Assembly: GCA_012026655.1 (NCBI GenBank)
Contig: JAAILG010001828.1
Coordinates: 1-61,413 of the forward strand
Source of the DNA: Hydrolagus affinis
Lineage: Eukaryota
Length of the DNA: 61,413 bases
Reading direction: 5' to 3'
The notes below the pieces were generated by a model. It saw nothing but the letters and a program-made list of their open reading frames with translations, was not told where the DNA came from and did not search any database. Within the stretch, counting starts at the first letter, position 1, and each line of letters starts with the position of its first letter. Positions 49,784-61,413 of this stretch are shown here, piece after piece. Made by a program: the position numbers and the translations under genes.

Positions 49784-52700
49784 ATTTAGAGGAATTATAA
49801 TAACATTTAGGTGTGTGAATTTAACCTGCACGAACAAGCCACAAACCAAACTCGCAAAGGACTTGGAGCCCAGGTTTTGAGTTATTAATAACTCACATCG
49901 CAAATCTAGATATGGTCTAGCTTACGTTTCATAATGAAACACTTTCGGGGCTATAATTATGGAGTCTGGGAAACACTAGCCACAGAATTGTCAAACAGTG
50001 TCCGGATCGCTGAACTGTGCAATTTATAATTGAATACTCTCCACATCTGTGACTTGTTTGGGGTCATTCTTTTTCTGCAGAGCATTACAGCAGACAGCAA
50101 AAATGTAGTATGATCCGTCAAGCAAAAAAAAAAGCGATTACGGATAACAAAGTTTGGTTCTGGCTACAGTTTATCTCCTTCACTTGCATTGGTTCTCGGT
50201 GAAATGCTGTGAGAAACAGCGAGGTTGCTAACCGTGATTAAATAACCTGCCCCCAAAAAACATCTGCACAATAGATAGGCTGATCATCAATAAAAATGGG
50301 TAGAGCTAAAAGACCCAATTTGTGATTGCACACTCAACGTATCCAAGCTACCACCAACAAGACACTTCTCGGTAATAGGTGACTTGAAGACACAACAAAT
50401 CTATCTCTTTTCTTTAATTGCCAAGCCACCACCAAGTGATAATAATGTTCTCTCCATTCATGTTGGGCAACATTGATCAAATGCTGTACCAAATGCTATT
50501 CCATTCACTCCGGAGACCCCCCCGGGGGGAGAATATACGAGCGCGTAGACAAGCTTGTGGAAGGAGCGAGGGGTGGTGATGGTGGGGGTTCGGCGGGGGT
50601 GGGGGGAGTGAGAAGCTGAACTCTCTTTGCACCTGAAATTAACAATGATTTCAGCAGGGCAATCATTTATAGGCTGTTGATGAGAGAAGGTGGTCAAACA
50701 AAAGTCACACAGAATGGAGCAGTTGCTTGATGTCACACTTTCACCGGATAACATCACATATTCCTCACACTCCACTCCAATGAAAGCCTCTACATTTGCA
50801 ATTAGATTTACAGGGCAGTTTCCATGTGGTCTTGGTTCTACAAGTTTGAACACAATAGGAGCCCCCGACGCACACTGATTCCAATATAATCTACACTCAA
50901 TTCCGCACAAGACTGTAACTCGGTGCACGGTTTTTCTTCTTTTCAAAATGAATGTTCAAAATCTGTCTTTGTGCATCAGTCAATGAATTAAGGAAGCATC
51001 AAAGGCATCTTATAACATGGTATTTCCACACTGCTTGACTTTAATCACCGTTGCTTCGTGCACTCTATTCCACTTGCCACTCGGAGTTTAAATGATAACG
51101 GCAGCATTCAAATGCCCGACAGAAGAACCAGATAATTCAGTAAAAATGGTAACTTTCAGAAAAACAACCCCCCACCACCCCCGCTCCACCTCCAGGGGAA
51201 AGCAACAAGGGATTTTTATCTCAAATAAAGGGAAAAATAAGATAAAAATTTGGAATCTGTTGGAATTTGGAACCACAGTTCTGCATACTTGGTAAAAGTT
51301 TCCATTTACCGTGCAACACTACATTTTAAAACAAAATGGCCTTTGCAGGTTAAGATTAGATGGGGTTTCATGCCTGCCAGGCTCCTGTATTTTTACAGTA
51401 CTTGCCTCCAAGCGTTCATTATTCTCTGTATTATCGTTCATACAGTACGGTAAGAGACCCATTAATTTGCCTCACTGTACACGCTACAAGAAAGGAAAAT
51501 AAAACCCACCTGCCTGCATCAAATTGAAGATATCCATTTGAATGGAGACAACCGTCGTATTTTAAACTTTGCTGACCTTAGATCAGTTTCGTAAATTCTA
51601 CATGAACCCAGTAGTGATTTGTGTGAACCTCCTGCGCATTTACGCACCGCTGCCCACCCATTGTGAATCCGCTGAAATAATAATAATGTGAAATAAAGGA
51701 GATGATGATGATGAAAATTAAATGCACCTTAAATTTTATGCTTAAATGTATCATTGAAGAGCTTTAATAGCTGCTTACGGGAAGTCTTTGGAAACGGAAT
51801 GTTATGACTTCTTAAACTGCAATTATATTAAGGCCTTTTTTAAAAAAAAAGAGAATCGCTCGATGGAGCCACCACCCCCCCACCCGCTGTCATTCAAGGC
51901 TCAACACATGGACGTTTTACACGATTGTACTTAAGAGTCGAGAGAGAGAGAGACAGAGAGAGAAAGAGCGATAGACCCGCCATTCTGGAAAAGATGCGCG
52001 TGTGTGATTTATGATCGTAAATTGATGAATCACACTTCATCCTTATTCCACTCATTCTGCAACGTGGCCAATTCCTCCAGGATCTATTGACTTCACTGAT
52101 TCAAGTCTTTCCGAAAAGGTCTCTGCTGATTTCCGCCGCCCAGGACTTTGGATGGGTGTCGGACAAAGTGAAACAAACAAATCTCTTCAGCTTTCGATTT
52201 GTTGCATTTGTTTGCATTTAAAGTAGCGTTTTGTAACCACAGCACACACGCACACACACACACACACAGCAGAAAGTTTTGCGGAAGGATTCCCATAGGG
52301 AATCTCTGCCATCTGCTGCATTTTGAAGGAAAAAAAATTGTCTTCTCTGCACTACAAAGCAGTTTTCAGTTGTGCCAAGTTTCTAAGAAGGTGTCAGCCA
52401 GCGTGTCATATGTAAATTGTAAACCTTGCAACATTTATGAACCTAGAAAGTGTGTAGGCACTCCCACCACCGCCTCGAAACTCTGTTGAAAATGCACATG
52501 ACAATTCGTGCTCTCCATCAGCTAGACAAGCGCAAGTTGAAATAAGAATAATATTAATAATAATCATCCTTCCATTTGCGCATATAGCGCTTTTCACGTC
52601 TTCTAGAGAACGTGATTAATTAATTAATAATAATTCAAATAAAGGCCAAAGAAATAAAGGCAAAAAAGCCTTTCCATCAAAGGCGAAGGGAAATGTCAGT

Positions 52701-53702
52701 GAGAAAATAGCCTGGCCACTGTCACACCCTCTCTAACAGCAAGCTGGAGCTGGGAGCCAGGGTGAAAGTTGTGCGCTATTCTCTGTTTCAAATGTGTGCA
52801 AGAATGTGGGAGATCATCGCCAAAAAATAAAACAAAAAGGAGCAATAATTAAGATGGAGTCTAATTCACAAACTTCTTCATGAGAATCCGATCTAATGAA
52901 TGCTGTTTGAAATCCTGCGCCCTCAAATAAGCTCTCAACTCTTCTCCAATAGCTTTAAGAGGCATTGTGTGGACTTGGAACATCCGTTTGATCATAATCT
53001 ACAGCCGAGGCATTATATCCATTCAATCCTCTTTGGACGTTTATTTCTTTCTTTCACACATTCCAGTGCTGTTTAGAGTGTCATCAATATTGGACTCACC
53101 AAACATCAATTGTACTGTATGAAATATTTATGCGCTATAAAATAAAAGTCATAATTCATTAAAAAAAAGTAGTGGGAAGGGTTTGGGGAAGGTAAGCAAA
53201 GTTGATTCTAGATTTTGAATGACTGGGATGTATCTGATATATACAGTATATGTATTTATTATATATTGTATATGTACAATATCTATTCGGGGAAATTAAA
53301 GCCACAAGATCCCATTGAAAAATGCAAACAAATCAATGACAGATATAGTAGAGAGATGGATATTTTTGTGACGAACCAAACCAGGCTTACAACATGAAAA
53401 TGTATGAGCTCAACACAGCATAAAGAAGAAAAGTTCTTCACACTGAGTTACGAACCCAGGACATGAACAGACAATCGCTTAATCCAGTGAATACTAACAG
53501 CTGAAGCATTGAAGGACATTCCCAAATCAGCCAAGGGCAAAAGAGAAATGGGATTGATAATGGGAAAGGACATCCACATCGGGCAGTGATGATTCTAAAT
53601 GAGGGCTTAAAAAAAGCGCGAGATGAATGCACTGAAAAGGGTCTTCCCCTTTTTCTGCATTCTTTGGTTTGTCAACATGTAAAAATAATTATAGTTTGCC
53701 AA

Positions 53703-54192
53703 CTAATAATAATCCCTGCAAAAAAACACTATAATAAAATTGGTCATTTTCAATCCACGACTGTTTGTGGGGACACTGCTGTGTGCAATTGGCTGCCGCG
53801 TTTTGCCCACAAACGTACAGTCAATTCACTTTACAGTGTATTCAGTGAAGCGCTNNNNNNNNNNNNNNNNNNNNNNNNNNNNNNNNNNNNNNNNNNNNNN
53901 NNNNNNNNNNNNNNNNNNNNNNNNNNNNNNNNNNNNNNNNNNNNNNNNNNNNNNCAATTTTATTATTGTGGTTTTTTTGGAGGGATTATTATTAGGCATG
54001 TGGAGTAAGGAAACTTGCCCAAGGTTTCGCCCTGACCTGCCTGGATTCGAACACAGGTCTCCCCAGCTTGGTCTCCCCAGCTTGCAAGACAAGTGCTCTA
54101 ACCACTAAGCCACAGGAGCTCCGAAGCTTTGAGACATCAAGAAGACATGACAAAACGCTATATCAAATGCAAGGATTATTATTATTATTATT
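53703..54192. mobile_element. + strand SINE interrupted by a - strand SINE (visible 53955-54122) across a gap
   Basis: Host stops at gtgaagcgct (53854) and resumes as gaagctttgagacatc at 54123. Confidence 0.82.
53855..53954. other. Assembly gap (100 N)
   Basis: Run of N between inverted SINE copies. Confidence 0.99.
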
Positions 54193-54937
54193 ATATAGCT
54201 GCAATGTAAAGAATACATTTCTGTCACACAGATCTGTGACATTATTAAAATGATTTCAGAGAGCCCAGTCCCACCAGCTTCTAGTGAAATACTTCAAGCT
54301 GTCAGCTGGTGGGGAGCAAGGAGATTCAGTTAATTTGTGATGACTGCACCTTACTTCATCAATCACTCATCACTAGAGTCCTGTTTGAAATTAGATGTTA
54401 TATATATAGTTACTCATCGAAAAGATGAATTCCAATGATGAAAATTAGATCATGATTTATCACCCTTTGGACTGAGCAACCTTAATACTACAGATAAGAC
54501 ATGTAAGATATCATAAGTGAGCTACTAAAAAGCTTAAGGCTGGGGGATGTGGGGGAGAGTGGGGGCGGGGGGCGGAAATGGAGGGACATGGGAGGTATTG
54601 TACATCCCATAAATCTCTCAAAAAAAAAGAAATAGCCTTTTTTTTTGTTTCACGTTGGACAAATACTCTACTTTATCATTTCCAACTGCTGTCCTATTGA
54701 TTCCAAGTCTTGGCTCTGGAATCCTGACAAGCCTTTATTACACATAAATATTTTATAAATGATTGAATACTGTATCAAGTCACTCCATTAAAGCACTATT
54801 TATTCAGCACTAAGTCACGCGCGGCATAATGCTATTTTTCCCAGTTTTGAGTTGTCACTGAGACATTCCAGTTGTGCCTGTATTATACTAACCATAGTGG
54901 ACAATTAGATTTCATTCCAGCGACTAAACAAGCATTG

Positions 54938-55244
54938 ATAATAGTAGTACTTGCATGAGATATGGCGCCTTATCACATGTTTCAGACGTCTCAAAATGCT
55001 TTACAGAAGATACTGTAAACTGAATATCAAAATATATAGCTGTATATTTTGAGGGAGAAATGTGGCAACCAATTGCACACAGTTGTGGATTGAGTGACCA
55101 AATTATTTTTTTATTTTTTAGGGGATTATTACCCCGAGAAGAGCAACCTGTAAACAGAGGCACGTGGAGTAAGGAAACTTGACCAATGTTTTGCCCTGTC
55201 CGGGAATCCAACCCAGGTCCTCTTGCTTGCGAGGCGAGTGCTCT
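54938..55244 (-). mobile_element. Long-linker SINE subfamily copy
   Basis: gtaaacagaggcacgtggagtaaggaaac linker and cgggaatccaacccagg head. Confidence 0.85.
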
Positions 55245-57520
55245 GATATGTGCCTTGTTCACGAGTCCCAAAGGCAAACTTGCATTGCTCCGTTACTTTT
55301 ACTCTTGTGATGAAGTACAGTCTAACCCAATCTTCTTATAAATAACGCTTCTCTCGGCACTTGTTGCTATTTATTTCCTTCAGATTTTTGTTCCCCTGCA
55401 TGCATCTCTCCTGGTAACTCACCAACTTGCCATCTGAGGTTAGTAGTCATAAAATGGGAGGGAAAAAAAAACAAATCTAAAATGTTACATATCTCTCGAG
55501 GAGCTTGAAAGAAACGGATGTCTTTAGGGTAATCTTCACACTTACTTTTCTCTGAGGCAGTAAAAGCACGACATACGCCTAGCCACTTCCCTGATATCTG
55601 CAGGGATTCCCGCATTCTGACTTTACACGGTCAGAAAGCCAACACACACGCAAAAAAACTGCACCAAATCAACGTGAATCATTTTTGCATTGGATTCTAA
55701 CCAATCCAAAATAGTCAAATGATATTTGCAAGAATCTGAAATGCCAGTGGGAAACATCAAATCAAGTCATGGTCAAATTCAGTGGCTTGGTAAATGTGCT
55801 ATTGGACTATATATCCTCAATACAGTGAAATAGTTTAGCAATTTTATTGTTTCATTTATTTATTTGCTGTGTTTTCATATCGGTTTGTTTGACCAATGAA
55901 ACTGTCGTACATCTTGCATATTTGTATGCATTGGAAGGCAATGCAAAAGTCTTATTACGGTATTTTAAAAGCCGTGAAGGAAAGGTTTGCAATCTTACCT
56001 GCTGTTATTTATTGATTGATTTAATGCCTATGCAAATGCCTAACAGCATTAAATAAGATCAAAAATAATTTATGTTGAACATATTTGTTGTGTTTAGTTT
56101 TGTTTAGAATTCCTGCCATTCATCTAATTGTAACTGATGAACATGTCACATCAAAATAAAGGCAATAAAGGCAATAAAGGCCTTTGCTTTTTATAGATTT
56201 ATTAAAAAAAAATTCTCTCTCACGAGTTACAATAAGGTATTTTTTGTGTCGGTGTCCATTGTTGAGAATAATTTGAAACTAGGCGCTGGGAAAATGCTAC
56301 AATTCAGGAAAGAAAAGGAATAGACAATGTTAGTTAGCCCTGGGATGCACTCATGAACAGGGATCTGCAGTATATTCTGTAAAGTGCTTTCAGATGACCA
56401 GAAGACATGAAAAACATTACAACAAATGCAGGGGGTGATTATCGTTATTAAAAATGTGTATATTTTATGTTAAAAATGTGTGTGCTGGTCACTCGACACT
56501 GTTCGTGTGTCTGTCTGCAGTATTTGACTTTGTCACTGTGGGTCTCTTTCTATCAATAGGAGCAAGCGCAAGTTTCCTGATGCTATTTTGCTGCTCCGTT
56601 CGCCCCACAAGTCTGTAATGATTTGGATTGTTGAGATCCAGATCGATGTTGCACCAAATATAATAATGGTCTCTCCTCACTCTGGGACTGTGAACTGCAG
56701 CCGAAACAGTGCACAGAGCGAATGAGTCAGAAATACACTGGGGTCTAATTTGCGATGTTTCCTAATAGGGATCCAGAGCCAACATTTTGACCAGAATTTG
56801 TACATTAATTAATTAATTGTGGGTGGTGGGGGGCATGGGGAGGTGTCTAACAACCTCTCTCTATCCTCCTTCATTCTCGACACAGTTTCCAGCACATCAA
56901 AGTAACCCGTCCGTCGGTTGTGAAACTTTACTGCTGACGTTATAGAATCAACAACCGTCTGAGAAATCAGTTTCGCTCACACATTTAAAGTCTAGGAGCA
57001 GCGCTAAGAACTGAATCAATCCTGGCTCCCGCTGCAGAAAGCTGACATTGGGATTAATAGTACTCTAGATCCTGGATATGTGGCGCTATTAATCAGGTAG
57101 AAATATGGGAGAGAAATGAATCAAAAGCAGCAACACAGAGGTTGTCCATCAGAAGTGTCTATTTTCAATGCTCTTACTATTCCTCTGCAGCCTGTATTGT
57201 GTTTCACATTGATGTTCATTAGGTTCAAAGTTGCCTACAGTTACAGGCCCATCTATCCTTTCAGCCACTTTTAAAATGGTGCATGTGTTGCCATATTTTC
57301 TGGGGGTGATGATGGGTAATGCATCGACCTACCCATAAACACAAATGGTTTACAGCCTAACTCTTACCTCTCCCACATACTCTTCTCCCTCCACTTACAC
57401 TATCGCACTCCCCTCTCCCCCCACCCCCCGCCACTCTCTCCACCCCTTCGCTCCTTCCCTCTTTCTCCTCCCGCCTGCAACACTAGGAATGTGTCTCTCT
57501 GACGGGTCCAATTCCATATT

Positions 57521-57903
57521 GGAGCTCCTGTAGCTCAGTGACTAGAGCACTTGCCTTACAAGCATGAGACCTGTGTTCGAATCCAGGCAGATCAGGTCAA
57601 AACCTCGAGCATGTTTTCTCACTCACTCACTCACTCACTCCACACACACTCACACACACGCCTAATAATAATCTGTCCAAACAAAAAAACACAATAATAA
57701 AATTGGTCATTTCAATCCACGACTGTTTGTGGGGGACGTTGCTGTGCGCAATTGGCTGCCGCGTTTTGCCTACAAATCTACAGTCAATTCACTTTACAGT
57801 AGTATATTCTGTGAAGCGCTCTGAGACATCTAGAAGACATGAATAGCGCTATAACAAATGCAAGGATTATTATTATGATGATGATGATTATTATTATTAT
57901 ATT
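57521..57903 (+). mobile_element. Full-length tRNA/Deu SINE with an internal (ACTC)n/(CA)n expansion
   Basis: Head, B box gttcgaatcc, expanded linker, body and tail. Confidence 0.92.
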
Positions 57904-59011
57904 CTCAGAGGGAGTCTCTGATTGCGGCCCTGCCCTGCGGTAATTACTGCAGAGGCCTGTGAACCGACAGATAACCAGTGAGAGATAAACAGAGACTCTG
58001 TACACAACAGCAAACAGAACAAGCATAGTCACTGGAGGAGCAGATCATGCCGTTTACAACGCTTACACATGGTACGAAGCAGGAACCTGGAGCTCCCAGT
58101 GGTTTTGAAGTGCTTGCTCTTTGGAGCGTGATAATTATCTCACACGTTTTGAAATGGTTTCTTGGCAGAAAAAAAGAGGAAGTTCCTGTCATTTAAGATA
58201 ATGACTCCGTCCCAAAATTGCGCCGAGCTACAACCAGAGAACAGGATAAAGCAAGGCTGTGCGGAGTGAGTGCAATTTGAGCTTCATTACTAAAACCACA
58301 CCATTTGTGTTCGTTGGCCTTCACTTGTCTGCATGAAACCACAGTCTCCAACACAGATTTTAAAAAGCTGTGTGGGAACTGGTGTGGGGGGGTGGGGGGG
58401 TGGGTCGTGTTGTTTGACAAAGCAAACCAAATGGATATTCTGCTACCTTAATCTTTTGAGTGCTGTGGCATTCTTCAAAAGGCGGGTTCACCGTTTTCTA
58501 TTCAGAGCTGAAAATCCTCAAGAGAGTCTTCACATGGGCAATCCATCTGATCATAGACCACATTAGACCTTCAACTTGCATTTCTGTTTTCATAACTGGG
58601 CTTTGGAAATCAGTATAATAATCGCATTGTACTCGTTTAAAATGGATTTCAAATGGCAGAGTGTTTCTGTGTGACTCCTATCACCCTCCGCGCTCAATGT
58701 TTCCTACGTATCCTCAAGATCTATGGAATGAGGAGACTGTTCAGATCCAGTAGCAATTTTGAGGCCAACACATTGACATTCTGAGCAGTTCTGGTGCTGT
58801 GTGAGTAGACTTGCCACTTTAGCATCTTTTATGATTTAAGCCTTTTTTTTCTGCTTCACTCTCCCTCCTCATCGTTTACATTGTAAACAGTTCAAGAACT
58901 CCCTTAATCATCCCTCAATGATTAACACTCGAAGGTACAAACCTTGTGCTACTAAACTTCCAAACTCTCAGAGGCACTGATCCCAAACATAAGTTATATA
59001 TATTCCATATT

Positions 59012-59339
59012 GGAGCTCCTGTAGCTCAGTGGTTAGAGCACTCGCCTTACAAGCGTGAGACCTGTGTTCAAATTCAGGCAGGTCAGGGCGAAACCTTGGG
59101 CAAGTTTCCTTACTCCACACACACACACGCCTAATAATGATACCTCAAAAGAAAACACAATAATAAAATTGGTCATTTCAATCCACGACCGTGGGGACAC
59201 TGCTGTTCGCAATTGGCTGCCGCGTTTCGCCCACAAATATACAGTTAATTCGCTTTACAGTATATTTTGTGAAGTGCTTTGAGACATAGTCTAGAAGACA
59301 TGACAAGCGCTATATTAAATGCAAGGATTATTATTGTTA
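59012..59339 (+). mobile_element. Full-length tRNA/Deu SINE
   Basis: Consensus-like head ggagctcctgtagctcagtggttagagcactcgccttacaag. Confidence 0.93.
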
Positions 59340-59698
59340 TCTAGTTTCCCTTTTGAAAACTAACATAGAACCTCTGCATTTGGAAACGTGATCACCATCT
59401 TAAATTAATGCTTTGCAGTCTCTCGCTCACCAACCAGTGTACATATTTTTCTCTTGTCTGTTCTATGAAAAACCCTTACTGTTTAAAAGACCTCTAGCAG
59501 TCTCCCCTGAACCTTCTGCTTCATGGTAAATAGGACCAGTTTATCCTCGTCATTCCTCAGAATTGAAATTACTCATCCAAGGTGTACATCATATTAATGC
59601 TGCAATAGGAAGACAGGGAAGTAGGGTTAGTATTCTGGAAGAACCAGACAAAAAGGGCTGAAGGAGCTTTTTCATCCAAATTTTTTGTGCTCTTGTGA
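59340..59698. mobile_element. Diverged CR1 pieces (- 59340-59590, + tail about 59607-59698)
   Basis: tttaaaagacctctagcagtctcccctgaaccttctgc (reverse complement of RRFRGDC.RSFK-like); aagggctgaaggagc terminus. Confidence 0.6.
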
Positions 59699-59817
59699 AC
59701 CTGGGCACTTAAGACGTAAAATAATCCTTTTCCATTAAAATACGCACCTGAGTTGGGCTGGTGAAATACAGAGCCATGAGGGGTGCAATTAATAATACCT
59801 TACATAGATAGAGCACT

Positions 59818-60004
59818 ACTACAGCTTTGATTTATATAGCGCCCTCCACGGTGTCTCAGAGCGCTTCACAGTAACGGATCCCGGGGGTGAGCCTGGGGCA
59901 GGGGGAAAAAGGTGACCAAAGGCACGGTCGAAGAGAAAGGTCTTTAGCCGAGACCTGAAACTGGGAAGGGAGGGGAACGGAGTGAGGAAGGGAGTTCCAG
60001 AGCC
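59818..60004 (-). mobile_element. L2 LINE 3' fragment
   Basis: Translates PSLPSFRSRLKTFLFDRAFGH; the tail has an internal deletion. Confidence 0.9.
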
Positions 60005-60930
60005 AAACACCATAACAACAACAACCACAAATTTACATTTATATTTACACATGTTACATATATGTCAAGTGCTTTTCACATCGGGAGGACGTCGCAAAGC
60101 ACTAACAATGAAAATGAACTCCTAATTGACTTTCTGTTCTTCTCTCAGGTACCGCCCCCCCCCCCCAACTTGTTCCAGCTGCAGAAATGACTCATGCCTC
60201 ATGATTAAACTTGAAAATTCCCCATGGCCAGAAAATTCAAAGTAAGTGACACCTCTACATTCCGCAAACAGTATAATTGTTACAGCAACAGTCATGTCTT
60301 CAGTCATCAAATTGAATATTTCAGTTGCTGTTTCCCCCAGGTGAAACAAAACATGAAAAGAATTCACAGCGCAAAATACCTCCTGAACTAAACATCAGGC
60401 ACAAAGCAAACTTGTCCCTTCATAGTCTTTCAACGATGCCAGGAGAAAGTTGGCATTTTATAACATCAGCAACTGTACGAACCGCAGGAAGTCAATATCG
60501 CCTTACACAAGCCAAGGCTATTAGGTTTAATTCTGAAGAGGTTATTGCATTGACTAACACTAACAAAATCCATGAGAAAAACGTTATCCCTTGGCATTAA
60601 CAATTGGATATTGATGAATCCTGGCATCTTATAATTTCTACTTAACTCACTGGTTAACGAACACAATTGTAGATTGTTTTAGTTTATTTTCACCATTTTG
60701 CTTCTGAATTTTATATTTACTTCCCTCAGATTTTATTCCATTATTCTGTGCTGGTGAAAGACCTCTGAACTCATCTTTTTCATGCATTTCAATGCCATCT
60801 AATGGTTTGGAAGAAAACTGCAGGTACTATCTATCCAACCAATTGTTTGTGAGGCGGGGGTGGGGGAAAGGAATCCACCTCATCATGATTTGGTATTTTG
60901 TAGGTTTCTTTACAACAAACACTACAAAAC

Positions 60931-61289
60931 TAATAATAATAATTCTTGCATTTATTTGATTCGCACTTCTCATATCTTCCAGACGTCTCAAAGCGCTTCA
61001 CAGAATATACTGTAAAGTGAATTGACTGTATATTTGTGGGCAAAATGCGGCAGCCAATTGTGCACAGTAATGACCCACAAACAGATATGGACTGAGTGAC
61101 CAAATTATTATTTATCCTTTTTTTGAACGATTATTGTCACCCGATAAGCGATCCACCAGTCGATTATCAACTGGGTTCCCACTTACTTCTAGGTAAACAG
61201 AGGCATGTGGAGAAAGGAAACTTGCCCAACATATCTCCCTGCCGGGAGTAGAACCCAGGTTCTCTCGCTTGCGAGGCAAGTGCTCTAAC
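60931..61289 (-). mobile_element. Long-linker SINE subfamily copy with the most complete CORE-like segment
   Basis: Minus strand ttgggcaagtttcctttctccacatgcctctgtttacctagaagtaagtgggaacc, then Deu 3' part and tail. Confidence 0.87.
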
Positions 61290-61413
61290 TCCTACCAAGG
61301 TCTTAATTAACATGAGTAGCTCATTGAGTGATGTCTTGCGTGGTGGTATCAGACTGTGGGGAGGATGTTTACAAGATGGGACTAGATGAAGAACGCCCAC
61401 CTTCATCATTGCA

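Noticed and set aside
50458-50946. 162-aa minus-strand ORF
   Set aside because: Non-ATG start, no recognisable domain, and it includes a translated G-tract.
56521-56618. Acceptor followed by a hydrophobic peptide FDFVTVGLFLSIGASASFLMLFCC
   Set aside because: Short, unrecognised and explained by T-rich composition; no upstream exon found.
59012-59090. tRNA gene (A box, B box, TAC anticodon-like loop)
   Set aside because: No proper acceptor stem. It continues into the SINE body, and the anticodon-equivalent position varies among copies (TAC, TGC, GAC, CGC).
1-61413. CRISPR array or prokaryotic operon or defence system
   Set aside because: Repeats are dispersed, diverged retroposons on both strands with no regular repeat-spacer periodicity, and there is no gene-dense coding structure.

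Overview
Non-coding, repeat-rich vertebrate DNA, either a large intron or a gene desert. The repeat repertoire points to a cartilaginous fish, most plausibly a holocephalan such as elephant shark (inference). I could not recognise any host protein-coding exon, tRNA, rRNA or miRNA, and nearly all ORF-track entries are translations of repeats. The window is dominated by about 45 copies or fragments of one tRNA-headed SINE family. Its layout is Pol III A/B boxes, a CORE-like segment, the 3' part of a Deu domain, an L2-type 3' stem-loop and an (ATT)n tail. Also present are older full-Deu SINEs, AmnSINE2-like relics, L2 and CR1 LINE fragments (including a decayed CR1 endonuclease domain), a Penelope-type decayed hammerhead relic, microsatellites and two 100-N gaps. 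Repeat-poor blocks between them look regulatory, most clearly 34080-35030. I found no convincing new biological system. The most interesting signals are retroposon biology (modular SINE subfamilies, three nested insertions at nearly the same SINE site, SINE/L2 tail sharing), a SINE-embedded CTCF consensus site, a promoter-like motif cluster, and local inverted or direct duplications. Family names come from my recollection of consensus sequences, not from a database search, and boundaries are approximate.
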